DNA from: Polyangiaceae bacterium
GTDB taxonomy: Bacteria > Myxococcota_A > Polyangia > Polyangiales > Polyangiaceae
Direction of reading: 5' to 3'
Assembly: GCA_033763455.1 (NCBI GenBank)
Contig: JANRKO010000031.1
Coordinates: 11,564-75,563, forward strand
Length of the DNA: 64,000 nt
Notes under the pieces: generated by a model
Seen by the model: the letters and a program-made list of their open reading frames with translations, nothing else
Databases searched by the model: none
Told to the model about the DNA's origin: nothing
Shown here: positions 19,765 to 29,732 of the stretch, piece after piece
Layout of the letters: every line of letters begins with the position of its first letter
How positions within the stretch are numbered: position 1 is the stretch's first letter
Made by a program: the position numbers and the translations under genes

Positions 19765-20643
19765 TTACTTCTGAGCGGGTGCTGCGGCTTTGGCTTTTTC
19801 AGCAGCGGGAGCAGCTGCTGGTGCTGCCGTCTTTGCGGCGGGCTCAGCGGCGGTCTTGGTCTTAGCAACCGTCGTGGTGGTGGTGGTGGTCGTGGTGGTC
19901 GTGGTCTTGGCAGCCGCGGTCTTGTCGGTCTTTGCGGCCGATTCAGACTTCGTGCCCTCGGTCTTGGCAACCGCAGGAGCCTTCTCCGTGGTCTTCGGAG
20001 CCGGTGCCGGCCGTGCGCCAACACTGTCCGAGAAGCGGACGGCGCGGAACCATGCCTGCTCTACTGGCCTGATCAACTTGGAGATGGCTGCCCACTCTTT
20101 GTCTTTGACGCGGGTGAGCTTCGCCTGAGCCTGCTGCACCTCACCGAGAGCGATCACCAGGGCGGCATCGGTGCCCTCTTTAGTGAGAGCTACGAGAGCT
20201 TCCTTCTTCGCTTCGAAAGCTTCACGAGCAGCTTTGCGCTCCTCGTCAACCTTAGCAAGTGCTTCGAGTACCTTCGTCAGGCGATCCCCGGTGACTCCTG
20301 CTTTCTCAAGAGCGCTCTGACGGCTCGAAGGGTCCTTGTCCTCGTCGACTTCCTTGCGTTCCTTCGTCTTCGTGGTCGCAGCGGCGGGCTTCTCAGAAGT
20401 TGCCGTCTTTGCTTGCTTCTCTTTGTTGCCTTCGGTTGCAGCCGCCGCCTTGGTGGGCAGAGCCTTGCTCTCGGTGGCCACTGCGGGCTTCGTCGCCGCA
20501 GGAGTTGCCGCTACAGGCTTCGCTGCCGCTGCGGGAGTTGCCCCTTGGGGCTTGCTGTCGGCCGCAAGTGCGCCAGTTGTTCCCAAGAGACCCGCGCCCG
20601 CAAGTGCGGACACCACAACCAAACTCATCAATTGTTTTTTCAT
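19765..20643 (-). CDS. Secreted Ala/Lys/Thr-rich protein with a central helical core
   Basis: Signal peptide MKKQLMSLVVVSALAG..ALA; low-complexity termini with poly-Thr; central helices loosely like Spy/CpxP. Confidence 0.75.
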   Translation of the reverse strand: MKKQLMSLVVVSALAGAGLLGTTGALAADSKPQGATPAAAAKPVAATPAATKPAVATESKALPTKAAAATEGNKEKQAKTATSEKPAAATTKTKERKEVDEDKDPSSRQSALEKAGVTGDRLTKVLEALAKVDEERKAAREAFEAKKEALVALTKEGTDAALVIALGEVQQAQAKLTRVKDKEWAAISKLIRPVEQAWFRAVRFSDSVGARPAPAPKTTEKAPAVAKTEGTKSESAAKTDKTAAAKTTTTTTTTTTTTVAKTKTAAEPAAKTAAPAAAPAAEKAKAAAPAQK

Positions 20644-20748
20644 ATCTAGACTCCTAAGCGTGGAGCACCTCCACACAAGAGGCGCCTCTACCAAGCGAGC
20701 TCTTGCAGTGGCAAAGGCTCAACTCGCGGGCGGGAGCCTAAGTCGCGA

Positions 20749-22134
20749 TTAGCCCAAACGCAACCGAGTGCGATCGAGCAATAATGCGGGGGGAACGGGG
20801 CCGGCACTCAGGCCTGAGGTGGCAAAATCTGCTGGACTATTGCCACTTTGGACGAGGGCTCGGAGGGGCTCAAGGAAGACGGTCTCATCTTGACCCCTCA
20901 AATTTTTTCGACCCCGCCGATTCAGACCCGCCACGGCAATTTTTGTTAATTCCTCAGCGATTGCCTGGCAACTGACGCCCCCAACCACAACGTTCTGCCC
21001 ACGCTGAACAAGCTCCGGACGCGCGCTCTCCATGTCTCGAAACGAGAACCTCTCAAGGTAACTCTTTGCTTCGGCAACCGATACAGAATCCGCCAAGACG
21101 CCAAGCCATAGCGCGGAAGCTGCACCGGCGTATTGCAAAGGCAAAGAATCGCACGGACGCAATTCCAAAGTATTTTTAAGGCGTGCTTCAGGAAAGAGTG
21201 TGTTCAGGTGCAGGCGCCAATCTGCCAGTGTGGCTCGCTCGCCTTCGTAGCCATTTTGGAGATAATCACGGAAAGATTGGCCTGTGTTTTCAATGATCCG
21301 TTCGCCACGCTTAATAAGGAACATGCCAGCATCCAGGGCCCACTGCACGTAATCTTCGTAGCCGAGCGTAGGCTTATTCCAGAGGTGCCCAAGGAGGCCC
21401 GAGCGGCGTGGGTCCATCTTCAACCATACCTCGCCGCGGAGGCTCTTCTTATCGGTGAGCTGCCCTTCGCGAAACGGGGAATTGGCGAACAGCGCGTTAG
21501 CAATCGGCGCCATTTTGAGGCCCACAAGCAGCTTATCCATCGCGTCGCGTTCATCTGAATAATCTAGGTTCAACTGCACGGTGGCCGTGCGACGCATCAT
21601 GTCCCAAGCGCCGCTACCCTGCTTGGGCAGGTAATTTTTCATGATCGCGTAGCGAGCCTTTGGAACCCAGGGCAGCTCATCTTGGCGGGCGAAGGGGTGA
21701 AACCCGGTGTTCAGCCACACGATACCAGCGGCTTCGGAAACTTCCGCTACTTCAGCGAGGTGCGTGCGGAGCTCCGCATCCACCTGATGCATGTCGGGCA
21801 AGGGCGAACCACTGAACTCCAGTTGTGCGCCGGGTTCGAGAGTTACAGCTGCGTCCCCCCTTGTAAGCGCAATGATAGGCCCATTCTCAGATTCTCGGCT
21901 CGGCTCCCAACCCCGCTCGTCAATCAGGCGACTCATGATCCCGAGCACGCCCCGCTCCCCTTCATAGGGAACCGGCGCGCACGTTTTTCCGTGGACTCCC
22001 ACCCTCTCCATTTCGAGCCCGATGCGGAACGCTTCGCGGGGTTTTTCAGCCTGCAGGAACGGCTCGAAGAGATCTTCGTGCCGTTCGATGGGATGGTCGA
22101 CTGGTTTTAGCGCACTGGGCGATTGCGAAATCAT
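20749..22134 (-). CDS. gshA: Glutamate--cysteine ligase (GCS2, plant/alphaproteobacterial type)
   Basis: IGLEME, VTLEPGAQLEFSG, PKARYAIM, MMRRTATVQLNLDY, ALFANSPF, HLNTLFPEARLK..LELR. Confidence 0.9.
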   Translation of the reverse strand: MISQSPSALKPVDHPIERHEDLFEPFLQAEKPREAFRIGLEMERVGVHGKTCAPVPYEGERGVLGIMSRLIDERGWEPSRESENGPIIALTRGDAAVTLEPGAQLEFSGSPLPDMHQVDAELRTHLAEVAEVSEAAGIVWLNTGFHPFARQDELPWVPKARYAIMKNYLPKQGSGAWDMMRRTATVQLNLDYSDERDAMDKLLVGLKMAPIANALFANSPFREGQLTDKKSLRGEVWLKMDPRRSGLLGHLWNKPTLGYEDYVQWALDAGMFLIKRGERIIENTGQSFRDYLQNGYEGERATLADWRLHLNTLFPEARLKNTLELRPCDSLPLQYAGAASALWLGVLADSVSVAEAKSYLERFSFRDMESARPELVQRGQNVVVGGVSCQAIAEELTKIAVAGLNRRGRKNLRGQDETVFLEPLRALVQSGNSPADFATSGLSAGPVPPALLLDRTRLRLG

Positions 22135-22185
22135 GGCAGGGGTCGCGCAGGCTATAGAGCGCGGGCTCCCTGGTGTCACCCGGGC

Positions 22186-23100
22186 CTAGGCCGATTGCCC
22201 ATCCAGCGGAGCGTGTGCGTGGAGCGCTGGAGGCGGTAGGGAACCAAGAGAGACCGCCAAACTTCGCGTATGAGCTTCGGTAGTTCCGGCCCCTCCACCA
22301 ATGATGCGACAAACTGGCGATGTCAGTGCCAAGACGCGTGCCGCCCAGGCGCGCAGATCTCCCGCTTCATCGGCAAAACCACGAACACTCTGGGCCCCGG
22401 CTGCCATCAACACACCCAGGGGCGCCACAGAAGTGCTCTTTAGCCGTTCTAAGTAATCGAGGCCGGCTTGGGTCCCCGACACTTCCAGGACAACGGCGGA
22501 AGCACCCGCACCCGTGAGCGTCTGGAGCAGCTCCTCAACATCCCCTTCCAACACTTCGTCGTTGTGGAGCTGGAGGACAGCCCAGGTGGGCAACGATGTT
22601 TCAGCGCCAGCAACGACCGCAGCCATCAACCCCAACCGCGACCCTTGCCCGCGTGCAATAATAAGCTCACACCCGGACGAAGCGAGTCGATTGGCGTGTT
22701 CTTGAAACTCAGTGACCAACCTAGCCGTGGAAAGCGGACTCACCATATCAGAGCCCAGCACACCTGCCACAGCCACGGGCTTTGGTGCGGCACTCGCTTC
22801 CTCCAACGCTAGCTCCACCGAGGTTCCCGTAAGCCACGCGGAGCGGTGCTCCATGCCAACCTCGGCCAATGCACGCGGCGTTGTATCAGCAGTTAGCGCA
22901 CACAACACATCAACACAGCTTGCGACTTCAGCGGCATAATGGCGCCGCACGGCGTCTGGATGCTCGCGCAACAAGAGACCTGCCGCTCCCGGCGAATTCA
23001 GACCCAAACCCCGCGCGCGAAGTGAGGCTGCGCTATCCGAATCTACAACCAATGGTCGGCCGGACTGCAGGCGGTGCGCGATGCGGGCGAAGTGACTCAT
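22186..23100 (-). CDS. Homocysteine S-methyltransferase-fold protein lacking the Zn cysteines
   Basis: Collinear HMT blocks (PDAVRRH, VAGVLG, GCELII, RIIGGGAGTTEAH); GGCC reads GGGA and GxNC reads VLEV. Confidence 0.75.
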   Translation of the reverse strand: MSHFARIAHRLQSGRPLVVDSDSAASLRARGLGLNSPGAAGLLLREHPDAVRRHYAAEVASCVDVLCALTADTTPRALAEVGMEHRSAWLTGTSVELALEEASAAPKPVAVAGVLGSDMVSPLSTARLVTEFQEHANRLASSGCELIIARGQGSRLGLMAAVVAGAETSLPTWAVLQLHNDEVLEGDVEELLQTLTGAGASAVVLEVSGTQAGLDYLERLKSTSVAPLGVLMAAGAQSVRGFADEAGDLRAWAARVLALTSPVCRIIGGGAGTTEAHTRSLAVSLGSLPPPALHAHAPLDGQSA

Positions 23101-23117
23101 CCGTTTGGAACCACTCC

Positions 23118-25919
23118 TTAGGATACCTTGGGAGCCGCACGAACGGGTAGCAATTTGCGCTCAAAAATCCGCACCCTTCGCACTAGGAGGTCCAAAATGA
23201 AACAGCAAAGCGCAAAAATCACAAAGCGTGTCCAAACCTCTTCATGAAACGTAGTTTGCTCCGTAGATGGATCGAGCAGCTCTTTTGGCGTTGGGTTCAA
23301 CCGACCTCCGCCCACCTTGGCGACATGCGCCAATCGCTCAGCCTCGGGACGCGTCACCGCATATTCGGCAGGGTACGGGTAGCTCACGTGCCCAAAACTC
23401 TCTGCCACCTGATTCAGGTTACCCTTCGCATCCGCTCGATAGTGCTTGGCGTGAAGCGCAAACGTTCCGAAGCGCCCAAGCTTGAACCGTGCTTCGTAGC
23501 GCCCAGGCGCCACCTGCAAGAGGGGGTGCGTCTCGGGGGACGTGGAATCACCACTCGCAGTAACTTCCAACGTCGAACGTAGATCGTTGTCAAAACGCTC
23601 CTCGCCGTCGAAGGCGTCCACCGTTGCCCGCACTTCATCACCCACGATTTCTGTTTGCATGGGGAGCTCGCGGCTGCGGTTGCGCCTCATATGTTCCCGC
23701 ACGAGCTGCCCAAAGAACTGCCCGTAGCCGGGCCAACGTAGCCAATCCACAGCCCACAAGTTCTTAAGATCGCTCGTCCAAGCGAGCGCCCATCCTAGCC
23801 CCACGCGCCCGCGTGCGAGGATCGGTTCATCGCGATCGCTGGCGAGGATTTGTTGTGCAGGGGGTGCCTTCATGCTGGTGGCAACGTAACCGTGAAGATT
23901 TGGCAAAGACCCGGGGGCGATGCCTTTTAGGAAATCTGCAGAACCGGTAACCTGCGGTTGAAACCACTCCTCGACCGCTGCCTGGCGCGCCACGAACTCC
24001 GTCTCTCGGGCGAAAACCCGAGGCAAACTATTCACGTCTGGCACGGCGTGGTAGCGCCCACCACCGGCGTCGGCCACAACCTTCAAAAGCTCACTGTTAG
24101 CCTGCTCCCCGAGCCCCACCGTGGTTACCGTGATGGATTCGGCGAGCATGGCTTGGGCCAAATCGCGAATGCCTTCAGCGGGTGCGGCGCCGTCTGTTAG
24201 AAGAATGACATGCTTGCGGCGGGCCTGAACTACTGAAATATCTTGGTACGCCATGTCTAGGCTGCGAAAGATCTCGGTGCCTCCGCCGGGCTGGATCCTA
24301 GAAATATCGCCGTCGATGCGTGAGCGATAACGCGCCGGCTGCATGCGCACGTAGCGTTCTGGTTGCGAGTCGAACGCAATCACTTCGATGAGGTCGCTCG
24401 GCTCGAGCGTCGACACGGTGGCTGAGCAAGCAGCCTTTGCCATTTCCATAGGCAGCCCCGACATTGACCCCGAGCGATCGATTACGAGCACCAACGCGAC
24501 ACTCGGCATCTCCTTGCGATTGTCAGAGTCCATTCGCACGGGCAACAGGCGCTCCAACGAACTCTGGGACCAACCGCCGAGGCCGAACCCAGCTTCACCC
24601 CCGGCAAACAAGAAGCCGCCGCCGAGATCACGAACGTAGCGCTCGATCAAGAGCTCGGACGCCTCCGAAAAACGCTCTTTCGGAACATCCGAAAGCACGA
24701 CAAACCCGTACCGTTCAAGCTCCTTCAGCGACGAGGGAAAACCGGCTGGCGAACGCACTTCGACGTCGAATTGCTGCGCCGAAAGGGCGCTCGAAAAATA
24801 CCCTGCGCGGCCCTCTTGCCCCTCTACGTAGAGCACGGTTGGCCGACCCGGCACATCGAGCGTTGTTTGGTAACGATTGTTTTCGGAGAACTTATCCGCC
24901 GAGATTTGATCGAGCTTTAGATCGTAGGTAACTTGACCCCCCACGCGGACCACGCTGCGAAATCGAACTTCGTTCTTCCCGGGCTCGAGCGTGAGCTGGC
25001 GAACGCCGTCCAAACCATTCAGCGTTTCGCCCTGGTAGAGGCGGGCACGCGCCGTAGATTTCTGAGTGGCGAAGATGGATGCCAAGATCTCGAACGGCTG
25101 CCCAATATCAACCTTGGCCGGGAGAGCCAAATCAGCAAGTGCCACCTCTGGCGGGAGCGGTCGAGTGTAAGGCAGAGTGGAGATCTTGACGCCTGCGCGG
25201 GCAGCGTTGGGCAACTCCGCCACCACATCCCCTTCGGTTTCCATCCCGTCACTCAGGATGAGCAGGCGCTTGAGATAGCCCGGAGGGAACACCGAAAGAC
25301 CCAGGCGCACTGCAGATTGAATATTGGTGGCTTGCCCGCCAAAAGCTCCGGACTGGGGTTGAGAACTGCCGCTTTTCTTCGCGTCTGACGAGCCTCTGTG
25401 CCGTAGCTCAGGGACACCCGGCAATGGAGTATCCGCGTCCAACACCAACAAAACGGGCCGCTCCGCAAAGGTGATCACTCGCACTAAGTCCTCGCTACGC
25501 TTGGCCTTGAGCACCCCGAGGATTGTCTGGCGTGCATCTTCTAGCGCCGCATCGGGCACGGAATCACTCACATCGACCAAGAGCACGCTACACACTTTGT
25601 TAGTGTGGGAGGTCTTAGCTGGCTGCGTGAGAGCCAACCCGAGGCCCAACAGAAATAGAGTCCGCAGCACTACAGAAAGAACGCGTTGGGCCATTGGCAG
25701 ATCAGCCAAAGAGTACCTGAGCGCCCAAACCAAAAGCGGCACCACGAGTAACACGCCGAGTGCCCGTGGGTTCTTGGCCTCATACACGACGCCGTTCCAA
25801 GCTCCTCGCCACCCGCTCTCGCCCAAAGGCCAGAGCCACCTGAAATAGAGCGCACCCAAAAGGAGTAGCGCGAGCGCCGTCAGCCCTGCCCAAAGCCAAG
25901 CGCGCACCCCGGAGCTCAA
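23118..25919 (-). CDS. Membrane protein with two vWA domains and a GATase-like (DUF1355-type) domain
   Basis: DVSDS and DRSGSM MIDAS motifs, LTDG, GGGFLFAGG..GGW..LERLLPV; TTG start overlaps the upstream TGA. Confidence 0.88.
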   Translation of the reverse strand: MSSGVRAWLWAGLTALALLLLGALYFRWLWPLGESGWRGAWNGVVYEAKNPRALGVLLVVPLLVWALRYSLADLPMAQRVLSVVLRTLFLLGLGLALTQPAKTSHTNKVCSVLLVDVSDSVPDAALEDARQTILGVLKAKRSEDLVRVITFAERPVLLVLDADTPLPGVPELRHRGSSDAKKSGSSQPQSGAFGGQATNIQSAVRLGLSVFPPGYLKRLLILSDGMETEGDVVAELPNAARAGVKISTLPYTRPLPPEVALADLALPAKVDIGQPFEILASIFATQKSTARARLYQGETLNGLDGVRQLTLEPGKNEVRFRSVVRVGGQVTYDLKLDQISADKFSENNRYQTTLDVPGRPTVLYVEGQEGRAGYFSSALSAQQFDVEVRSPAGFPSSLKELERYGFVVLSDVPKERFSEASELLIERYVRDLGGGFLFAGGEAGFGLGGWSQSSLERLLPVRMDSDNRKEMPSVALVLVIDRSGSMSGLPMEMAKAACSATVSTLEPSDLIEVIAFDSQPERYVRMQPARYRSRIDGDISRIQPGGGTEIFRSLDMAYQDISVVQARRKHVILLTDGAAPAEGIRDLAQAMLAESITVTTVGLGEQANSELLKVVADAGGGRYHAVPDVNSLPRVFARETEFVARQAAVEEWFQPQVTGSADFLKGIAPGSLPNLHGYVATSMKAPPAQQILASDRDEPILARGRVGLGWALAWTSDLKNLWAVDWLRWPGYGQFFGQLVREHMRRNRSRELPMQTEIVGDEVRATVDAFDGEERFDNDLRSTLEVTASGDSTSPETHPLLQVAPGRYEARFKLGRFGTFALHAKHYRADAKGNLNQVAESFGHVSYPYPAEYAVTRPEAERLAHVAKVGGGRLNPTPKELLDPSTEQTTFHEEVWTRFVIFALCCFILDLLVRRVRIFERKLLPVRAAPKVS

Positions 25920-27781
25920 ACCGTCAACCTCCTGTGGTAGGTGAACCACTCAATTGCGCTCACCAGCGCCACAAGCAGCAATAAATACCCCCAATACTTC
26001 TGCCGCAAACCGGGCGCAAAGCCTGCTACCCGAGCCGCCTTGGTACCCCCGAGGGTGAGCTCCGTTTTTGGAGCAATCCGGCTTTCCGAAACGTCTCCCA
26101 GGTTCGCCGCAAACGCTTGAGACGAAACCGCGCCCACCCACTTCAGACGATAGAACCCAGGCTGCTCGCCAAAGTGCTCGGCACGCCCTTCACGCACCGG
26201 CAACGCTACTCTAGAACCATCCGGCTTTTCTAGTTCTGCAACCTCAAGCCCTGCAGGTACGCGTAAACGCCAAATATCTCCGGTGCGATACGCTGATTGG
26301 TACTCGGCATCCTGATCCACGAAGGAATTGATGGCGTTGAGGATCATCAGTGGCCACGCGACTCGTAAAACTAGGTCGCTATTTTTTGGGTCAAAACCAA
26401 GAACTAAGAAAGGCGCGCCCTCCCGGCTTCCACTCACCAGAATAGGCCCCCATTCGCTAGCTCCGAGCACGCGATCAGAAGGGAGCGGCTTTAGCGTGAA
26501 GCCGCTCGCCACCTGCACATCATCAAGGGCCATCCAACGCAAAACGGGGCTCTTCCGCTCCCAGACGTCAAAACCAAAATTCTCAACCTGCCGCCCTCGC
26601 TTCACGGGAGAGCCCGCTTCCGGCGGGTTGAGGTAAAAAGCCGCCCCCGTTTCGGCACTTCGCGGAGGCGCCACGTTATCGAAAATCGTGACGTCAAAGC
26701 GGCCTTTCGGCGGGTATTGCGCCTCGCCTACCGTGGACACGTCCAAGTACTCATCCAAGAGAAGTGCGGCGTCCAAATACGTATTGCCCTCGCTCACCAC
26801 TAACACCTTCGCCCGGCGACGCTCTGGCATCAGCGCAAACGCACGATCATCTTCTTTCAGATAGTCTTTCCCTTCGAGCAAGCGAATGCGCGCCTCAAGC
26901 CGCTCGTTGGCGCCCGCGAGGTTCGAAAAGAAGCGTGGTACACGTTCGCCCGGCAAGAGGCGTAACTGGCTCACGTCAATCAGCTGATCATCTCCCAAGA
27001 GAGAGAGCTCTACAAGCGCAGGATTTTTGCCGGCATTCTCGAGCGCTAACATCACCTCGTAGCGCGACTTATCCAAAGGGTAGCGGCGCGCGGAGAGCTC
27101 GGTAACGGCAACGTTGTCCGCGTACTTCCCAACGCCAACGAAGCTCAGCTTGGCTTTGCCTGAAACCAAATGCGGCGGCACTTCAAACGCGCCGTCAGAA
27201 ACGACGATCACTTCCGCGTTGGGTAGCCCCGAAAGCACATCCTCCGCAAAGGCGAGCCCCTTTTCGAGATCAAATGCGGTGCCGTGCGCCTCTGCAGCCG
27301 CCACAGCCTGGCCAAGCAACGTGACGTCATCAGTAAGAGGAGAAAGCGGCACCACGGCGGCCGAAGCTTCGGCCAAGAGCAGTCGATCTTCGTTCTTCAG
27401 GCCAGAAATGAGCTCCTTTACCTTGCCTTTGGCCAACTCCAAACGGCTTGGGACTTCATCCTTGGCTGCCATGGAAGCACTCGTGTCCAGAAGCACGACC
27501 ACATTGCGCGCACCTGCGGCGCTAGCTTTCGGCCGCGGATCTCCCAGAGCCAAGACCAGCGCCAAGACCATCATGAGCTGCAGCAAGAGCGAAAGCCACC
27601 GCTTGAGCTGAGAGAAAAATGTCGAGCTCTCTCGATCGCGCAGCACCGTTTCCCAGAGCCGCGCGAAAGGCACCGGCACGGAGCGACGGCGCAACTTCAG
27701 AATATAGAGGGCTACCGTGCAAAGCGTCGCCGCAGCACCAAGGAGCAGCAGAGTATTGAGCGGAAGGCCAGCCAAGAACAT
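25916..27781 (-). CDS. BatA-type N-terminus plus vWA domain protein
   Basis: LYILKLRRR..W..LLLQL..LALGDP, DTSASM, VSDG, C-terminal TM with EW. Confidence 0.88.
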   Translation of the reverse strand: MFLAGLPLNTLLLLGAAATLCTVALYILKLRRRSVPVPFARLWETVLRDRESSTFFSQLKRWLSLLLQLMMVLALVLALGDPRPKASAAGARNVVVLLDTSASMAAKDEVPSRLELAKGKVKELISGLKNEDRLLLAEASAAVVPLSPLTDDVTLLGQAVAAAEAHGTAFDLEKGLAFAEDVLSGLPNAEVIVVSDGAFEVPPHLVSGKAKLSFVGVGKYADNVAVTELSARRYPLDKSRYEVMLALENAGKNPALVELSLLGDDQLIDVSQLRLLPGERVPRFFSNLAGANERLEARIRLLEGKDYLKEDDRAFALMPERRRAKVLVVSEGNTYLDAALLLDEYLDVSTVGEAQYPPKGRFDVTIFDNVAPPRSAETGAAFYLNPPEAGSPVKRGRQVENFGFDVWERKSPVLRWMALDDVQVASGFTLKPLPSDRVLGASEWGPILVSGSREGAPFLVLGFDPKNSDLVLRVAWPLMILNAINSFVDQDAEYQSAYRTGDIWRLRVPAGLEVAELEKPDGSRVALPVREGRAEHFGEQPGFYRLKWVGAVSSQAFAANLGDVSESRIAPKTELTLGGTKAARVAGFAPGLRQKYWGYLLLLVALVSAIEWFTYHRRLTV

Positions 27782-28722
27782 CAGCGCAAAAACCCTCCAC
27801 GCCGGAACACCCGGAGCACCTGCTCTTCAAACGGCACCTCGATGTTCGCCGCAAAATACGGCACTTGGCGGCTGGCACAAAAGCGTTCAATCGCCTCCTG
27901 ATAGTGCGCGACGGCTTGGTTCACCTTCTGCAAAAGCGCAGCCGTGATGGTCACATCGCGTTCCTCCCCCGTTTCACAGTCGTAGATGCGCACGTCTCCC
28001 TGAAGATCGCTCCCGGTATCTCGCGGATCCACCAAGTGGAGCACATAAGGCTCGAACTTGTTGAAGCGCAACACGTTGATGCCTCGCTCGAAGCCGGCCG
28101 GATCGTAAAGATCGCTGATCAATACGGCCAACCCTCTCCGCTTGTGTTGAGCCACAAATTTGGTGAGGCACGCCTCAAGATCAGTGACGCCTTCGGGACG
28201 AAGCTCGCTCAGAAATCGAAAGATCTGGCGGATCCGGCCTTTGCCGCGAGTTGCGGGCAGCGTGCTTTTGATCTGATCGCTCACTCCGACGATCGTTACG
28301 CGATCCAAATTGGCAAGCCCCACGTACGCCAAGGCTGCACACAGCCGCCGAGCCTGATCGAACTTTCGTTGATCCCGGAAGCCCATGGAGCTCGAACAAT
28401 CCACCAGAAAATAGATACTGAGATCTTCTTCCTCTTCGTACAAACGCACCAAGAGGCGCCCGAACCTCCGATACGCATTCCAATCCACCGAACGAAAATC
28501 ATCCCCCACTGAGTATTCGCGATGGTCGGCGAATTCGATGCCGCTTCCCTTTTTCTTACTGCGGCGCTCGGCGCGCAGGCGCCCCGCAAACACACGTCGG
28601 CTCACCACCGAAAGCATCTCCAGCTTCTTCTGAAATTCGTCGTCGAAGAGCGCGGATGTCGACGCGGTGGCGCGCTTCTTTGTCGCCTTCTCCCCGCGCT
28701 GAAAAAGCTCGAACAGCCCCAT
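27781..28722 (-). CDS. DUF58 protein (MoxR operon)
   Basis: GSGIEFADHREYSVGDDFRSVDWNAYRR, DCSSSM, ISDL. Confidence 0.93.
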   Translation of the reverse strand: MGLFELFQRGEKATKKRATASTSALFDDEFQKKLEMLSVVSRRVFAGRLRAERRSKKKGSGIEFADHREYSVGDDFRSVDWNAYRRFGRLLVRLYEEEEDLSIYFLVDCSSSMGFRDQRKFDQARRLCAALAYVGLANLDRVTIVGVSDQIKSTLPATRGKGRIRQIFRFLSELRPEGVTDLEACLTKFVAQHKRRGLAVLISDLYDPAGFERGINVLRFNKFEPYVLHLVDPRDTGSDLQGDVRIYDCETGEERDVTITAALLQKVNQAVAHYQEAIERFCASRQVPYFAANIEVPFEEQVLRVFRRGGFLR

Positions 28723-28726
28723 GCGC

Positions 28727-29719
28727 TTAGGCCGTCTCGGGTAGCTGGCTGAGGATTTGTTGGATCACGGCATCCGTGGTGACCCCTTCGGCTTCGCCTT
28801 CAAAATTCAGAAGAATACGATGACGCAAGGCGAGGGGGGCCACCGCTTTGACATCGTCAATTCCAGGCGCGAAACGCCCATCAAACAACGCTTGGATCTT
28901 GGCTCCCAGGAGCATGGCTTGAAGCCCGCGCGGGGAAGCCCCCGTGCGTACAAACCGCTGCACTTGCTCAAAGCCTTTGCCAGTAGCTGCATGCGTCGAC
29001 TGAAGCAGGCGAATCGCGTAGTCTTGCACGTGGCGAGCCACCGCCACCTGGCGCACGAGCTTCTGCATTTCTAGAATCTCCGCGCGCTGCAGCACGGGTT
29101 GAACGCTCACTTCCTGCTCGGTGGTAGTGCGATCCACAATGGTGTGCAGCTCTTCTCGCGAGGGGAAGGTCACTTCCAACTTGTAGAAGAAGCGATCCAA
29201 CTGGGCTTCGGGCAATGGATAGGTGCCCTCCATTTCCAATGGGTTCTGCGTAGCCATCACCAAGTAAGGCTCTTCGATGGTGTAGGTGGTGCGACCCACA
29301 GTGACGCGGTGCTCCTGCATGGCCTCAAGGAGTGCGCTTTGGGTTTTGGGTGTGGCGCGGTTCACCTCATCCGCCAAGACAATGTGCGAGAAAATAGGGC
29401 CCTTTCGGAACTCGAAGGTTTTCCCACCCTGCGCGCCTTCGTCGATGATGGTGGTGCCGATAATATCCGCGGGCATCAGATCGGGCGTGAACTGGATACG
29501 AGAAAAATCCAAACGCACGGCCTGCGCTAACGTCCGCACCAGCATCGTTTTGCCAAGCCCCGGCACGCCTTCCAGAAGCGCGTGCGACCCCGCCAAAAGG
29601 CAAGCTATCACCCCATCCACCACTGAGGATTGGCCGACAATTACGCGCCCAATCTCCGCTCGCAGCGCGCCCACTCGTCGCTGAAATTCCTCAACCTCTA
29701 GCTTAACGTTTTCGCTCAT
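28727..29719 (-). CDS. MoxR family AAA+ ATPase (start 29719 or 29740)
   Basis: LEGVPGLGKT, RIQFTPDLMPADI, DEVNRATPKTQSALLEAMQE, ATQNPLEMEGTYPLPEAQLDRF. Confidence 0.96.
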   Translation of the reverse strand: MSENVKLEVEEFQRRVGALRAEIGRVIVGQSSVVDGVIACLLAGSHALLEGVPGLGKTMLVRTLAQAVRLDFSRIQFTPDLMPADIIGTTIIDEGAQGGKTFEFRKGPIFSHIVLADEVNRATPKTQSALLEAMQEHRVTVGRTTYTIEEPYLVMATQNPLEMEGTYPLPEAQLDRFFYKLEVTFPSREELHTIVDRTTTEQEVSVQPVLQRAEILEMQKLVRQVAVARHVQDYAIRLLQSTHAATGKGFEQVQRFVRTGASPRGLQAMLLGAKIQALFDGRFAPGIDDVKAVAPLALRHRILLNFEGEAEGVTTDAVIQQILSQLPETA

Positions 29720-29732
29720 TGGTATCGCTCTT

